From Hydrolagus affinis (lineage: Eukaryota), in contig JAAILG010000662.1 of the NCBI GenBank assembly GCA_012026655.1, positions 1 through 64,000 of the forward strand: a stretch of 64,000 nucleotides of DNA, given 5' to 3'. Positions 59,863-64,000 of the stretch are shown here, piece after piece. A program made the translations under genes and the position numbers. The notes under the pieces are model-generated. The model searched no databases, was not told the origin of the DNA, and worked only from the letters and a program-made list of their open reading frames with translations. Numbering within the stretch: position 1 is the first letter of the stretch; every line of letters begins with the position of its first letter.

Positions 59863-61319
59863 TGAAAAAATGTGTGGATGGTTTATTTATGCAGGGGGGG
59901 GGGGGGGGAATAAGACGATATCAGTCTAAATACAATCATTTAACAGTGGTCACATATTGCAGTTTCAAACGAATCTGTTGAAAAGTAACGTTCAGGGTGG
60001 CAGTGGACAACACATTTGCACTTTCTCTCCCACTTTCCATAGAGAATGCTAAATAACACACACACACACACATATATATATATAAAACGTTTGACTTTCG
60101 TTTAAAAAAGAATCATTATCTCCAATAATTGGGCTTTGACCCCGATGCCTGCCTTCCTGCCTGATATCACTGATGACGCTGTGTTTAAATGTGCGCCTGT
60201 GAAGCTAACCTTCAGTTGTGTGACACAGTGTGAAACGGTGGTCTGGGAACCAAAGTTTGAAACCAATAATAGTCTCTATTCACTCTCCAGCAATTTCACA
60301 TTTTTTTAAAAAAGGAGCCGTATCGGTCAGTGAAGTAAGTGATCTTGTGCTTATTTTTTTTGCACACACACACACTCACACTCACACACACACACTCACA
60401 CACATTTCTATTTTGCACATTTGTTTACGTGGAGGGAAAAACTGTTGCAATTCTAGCGACAAAGCAGGTTTTCAATGTCGAACCTCTCTTCGCGATGGAT
60501 GAAAACATTCATCCCGTAGCTGTCAGCAAAGGTTGTAAATTGTTGATTTCTACAATTTCCTTCCAGATCTGCCGTCAAATCCGAAATAAGCTGGTCGGTA
60601 AAGGTACCTAGAGGCATTGCCCAGATCTCACAGACGTTTCTGTATTGGGGGTTATAAGAACTATCTGTACAAAGCTGCTCTAAATGTTACTTGCCAGAGA
60701 AGAGTTCTATACTGCTTCTAAACACGCCTTGTGGTTAATGCTGATCAGAGTGCTGGGGACATACTGTTGAGAACTGACTGCTTACCTTACACATAACACA
60801 TCTCAGGTAGGTTTAACCCCCCACTTTTCTCTCTCAGAAAGCAAGAGACTGGCGAGTGGTTCGATCTCACGTTGGATTAAAATATGAATGCAAATTCAGG
60901 ATTATTTTTAGAGGACATATCTGATTAGATATGCTGTGTGTGTATATATATATATATGTGTGTGTGTGTGTCTTCATGTGTGCTTCATTGCTGGCGATTT
61001 TATTCCAAGTTAAATTTATCTCCTCAAGAACACACACGAGGACAATCTTCGAAACATTTTCTGTCAGAAAATAAAACCCATGTATTTTTGTTTCCTTCAC
61101 CTCAGCCCCTTTCATAGTCTCACACTAGGATTTATACGAGCAATCCCGATTCCATACAATAGGAGAGTCAGATGGAGGATGGGGGGGTGGGGAGGGGGGA
61201 GGGGGGAAAGAGTTTAACTTTTTGGTCCTGACATAAACTATTCAAACGGTATAATTTGTGGGTTGGCTCAATGACGGGTTAATGGGTTAGAGAATGAAAG
61301 AGTTATACGGGCAGGTGAA

Positions 61320-61455
61320 TTATGGCATTCAGGAAGATCTGGACAGATTCAGCAGATGGGTCAAGGAGAGGCAGATGGATTTTAATATACATAAATGTAA
61401 GATGCTACATATTGGAACAAGAACCAGTATGTTCAAGTATATGAGAGGCAGGAGT
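61320..61455 (+). mobile_element. CR1 ORF2 fragment
   Basis: IQEDLDRFSRWVKERQMDFNIHKCKMLHIG matches the CR1 LQ.DLD.L..W...WQM.FN..KCKV.H.G motif. Confidence 0.8.
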
Positions 61456-61811
61456 GTCCTACCTTTGCAGAGTTGGCAAAGAAAACATTACACTAATAAT
61501 ATTGCTTACACTTAATATAGCATCTTTCGAAGCGAAAGGACATTTCAAAGGGCAGCATAGGATTGACTAGAAAGCCTGGTGACTGTGTATTTTGAAGGCA
61601 AACATAAATTAGGTGTGATTACTTTTACTGGAAAAAAAAAGATTGGACACTTCCTTTCCAGGATTTAAAGTGCTGAATTATATGCGAAATAGAGGTAAGT
61701 AAACTATTTTACTTCGACTGTGAGAGCAAAACAACAGCAAGGTTTAAATAAAAAAGGTTCAAGGGGAAGTTCAATAACAACTTGTATTGTAATAACAATA
61801 GTGCCTTTCAC

Positions 61812-62168
61812 ATGGGGCCTGGCTCCTTCCTACCTCGGTGACCTGCTAACCCCTTAACAACTTGTCTGCTCCCCCAGACCTGCTCCATGTCCTCTGCCTG
61901 GTTCGCCTCACCATTGGTGGTTGAGCCTTCAGCCTGAGAGCTCCATCCCACATTCCCTTCATTTCACTTTCTTTTTTGCTGCATTTAAGGTACGTCTCAA
62001 GATCTTCCTCTTTGACCATGACTTTGGCCACCCTTCTATCCTCACTGCACTCCACCCTCCTTTTCCCGAACCGCCCTCCCCTGCTCAGTTCCAAATCCCT
62101 GACTCTCCAGCGTCTTGGGATGTCCTCCCGATGTGAAAGGGGCTGTACAAATGTAATTTTGTATTGTA
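61812..62168 (+). mobile_element. L2 3' fragment with tail
   Basis: GLAPSYLGDLL; AFKVRLKIFLF; terminal stem-loop. Confidence 0.85.
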
Positions 62169-62202
62169 GTGCCTTCGAGTGCTTTTAAGATCCTTAACTA
62201 TA

Positions 62203-62478
62203 TAATAACCCTTGCATTTGATATAGAGCTCTTCTTCTAGACATCTCAAAGCACTTAATCAAATATACTGTAAAGTGAATTGACTGTATAGGTGCAAATT
62301 GCACACAGCAGTGTCTCACAAACAGTCGTGGATTGAAGTGACCAATTTATTATTGTTTGTTTTAGGGATTATTATTAGGAATGTGGAGTAAGGAAACTTG
62401 CCCAATGTTTTGCCCTGCCAGGAACCCGGGTCCCTCGCTTGTAAGGCGAGTGCTCTAACCACTGAGCTACAGGACTCC
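62203..62478 (-). mobile_element. Full-length tRNA-derived SINE (short form)
   Basis: The minus strand begins GGAGTCCTGTAGCTCAGTGGTTAGAGCACTCGCCTTACAAGCGAGGGACCCGGGTTCC. Confidence 0.9.
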
Positions 62479-62829
62479 ACAGAGGATTAGAAGGTTTTTT
62501 TTTACCATCACACAGAGTGGTGGGTATGTGAAAGACTCTCAACAAAACAGCTGAAGTTCAACGAGTTAATAAATAGCTGAAGCTTTTTATTAATTCCTTG
62601 AACTGAACAATTTGATTTTGGTCAGTCTGACACATTGGGAAACTCATCAATATTCTTAACAGTATCCAAACCAAACTGAAAGATCCATGCATCACACCTA
62701 CACATGGAAATTTCCATGTATGGAATGCATTTGCATGCTCTCTTCCCAGAGATATGAATCTTGCTTTTCCAATTCCGCATAGCAGTAGACAACAGTTGTT
62801 GAGAACCAAGGCTTGGGGATCACCTAGAG

Positions 62830-63170
62830 TATGCTTTGGGGGTACTTCTGGAGTTTAAGCTGCTGAAACCAGAGCTTGCTATTGAAAACACACTCTGACA
62901 AACTTCCTGTTGCTCATGTAGCCAGGACAACCCTAGGGATTTTGGTTGCAGGGTTAGCTGGAGCTCAGTGGGAAAATCTGCATCACCAAACGTACTGATA
63001 ACCCAGGCTGACTGAACTGTCATTGGCAGTGTCCTGGAGTACTGTGGATCCGCCCGACTCAGGAACTGGACTACGGAGACCACGACAGAGGACTGATTTG
63101 ATTCTGACGTTCTGTTGAAAAGCATGTCAACCCCAAGAACAGAGCCAGTTCAACTCCAAGGAGAACCCAT
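62830..63170. repeat. Second copy of the old repeat at 3470-4035, lacking the hairpin insertion
   Basis: Colinear similarity, with a single CTGATAACCCAGGCTG at the position that is duplicated in the first copy. Confidence 0.65.
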
Positions 63171-64000
63171 TAGTTGTTAGTTTGACTTGGCACATGGCAG
63201 GTATGAAAAACTCTGTAAGCTTCCTGGTGAGCAGCAGGGCTCAGCATGAAATATATGAGAGCATTGTCACCATCTTCCTGCCCACAGCTCAGACACACAT
63301 CCTACCCACTGAGTGATGGCTTCGCCAGTTGGAGGTGCAGAGCTTGAGCAGTAGCTGCTTATCTCACTACACACCAATCAAGGTAGATCCCAAGTACTGG
63401 ATATATGAACATTTCAACTGAATAAGTATCGACTCTATAACATTAGCAGAGGATATGAGGATAGATACAGCTTGATAATAGCAAATCATCAAAATCAACT
63501 GCTGGGATTAGGGAGGGAAAGGTGTGTTCAAAGAGATGTGGGGATGGATACATATTTGTTGAGGTTTTCATTGGTTACCACTTAGGTCAAATACTATCTA
63601 TGCAGAACTGTCCTCTCTAGATGACAATACTAGATGGGGTGGAAGCTAAGACAGGATTGGTTTTCCATGGCTTGGTAAGTGTGCCCTGGATGGGATGAGT
63701 ATCTTCTCTGGATCTGTGCTTTTGTATGCTCTTAACTGCTAAATTACGATCTGCTGAAGATTTTGGAGGAGATTAAATCATAACTATATTGTCAGAAACA
63801 ATAATTTAGCTAGTACCTTTCACATAGAATATTTCAATGCTCTCGACAAATGTACTCCTGGAGCCAAAGAACTCAAAGTTGACTGTTATTCAGGTCACAA
63901 TATTATCCTTTCATTTGGGGGTGAGGTAAGGAAACTACAAGTTTGACTCAGCCCAGAGAGATTTATTTCATGTTAATAAAAAGCTGAATTACAATGGACT

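Noticed and set aside
60845-60880. Box-B-like GGTTCGATCTC
   Set aside because: No box A or cloverleaf; an isolated match.
62420-62478. tRNA-Val(TAC)-like sequence (also 13950-14006, 14975-15030, 22490-22546)
   Set aside because: These are SINE heads: no acceptor stem closure, and they continue into the SINE body and tail.
1-64000. A novel multi-gene system
   Set aside because: Only one real CDS is supported. All other ORFs are transposon-derived, low-complexity or lack any recognisable domain.

Overview
Vertebrate nuclear DNA, very probably from a cartilaginous fish and possibly a chimaera such as elephant shark. This is inferred from the repeat content (L2 LINEs, Deu-type tRNA-SINEs, CR1 and Penelope-like pieces), not from a database match. 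The only protein-coding gene I can support is the intronless class III POU gene POU3F2 (BRN2) at 44583-45728 (+). It has a CCAAT/PBX-MEIS/RFX-like promoter and a long AU-rich 3' UTR. The window has two zones. The flanks (1-27.6 kb and beyond about 61.3 kb) are CpG-depleted and full of L2, SINE, CR1 and Tigger fragments. The central ~33 kb around POU3F2 retains CpG, is nearly transposon-free and holds candidate conserved non-coding elements. I found no convincing new multi-gene system. The most unusual signals are: L2 tails repeatedly joined to the same site in the partner SINE; a SINE that looks like a tRNA+CORE-like+Deu chimera and occurs in several structural versions; a near-perfect 79-bp-arm hairpin with a 14-bp target-site duplication whose empty site is visible elsewhere in the window; and a polyQ run in a non-mammalian POU3F2. 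There are four 100-N assembly gaps. All family names come from recalled consensus sequences and need confirmation.
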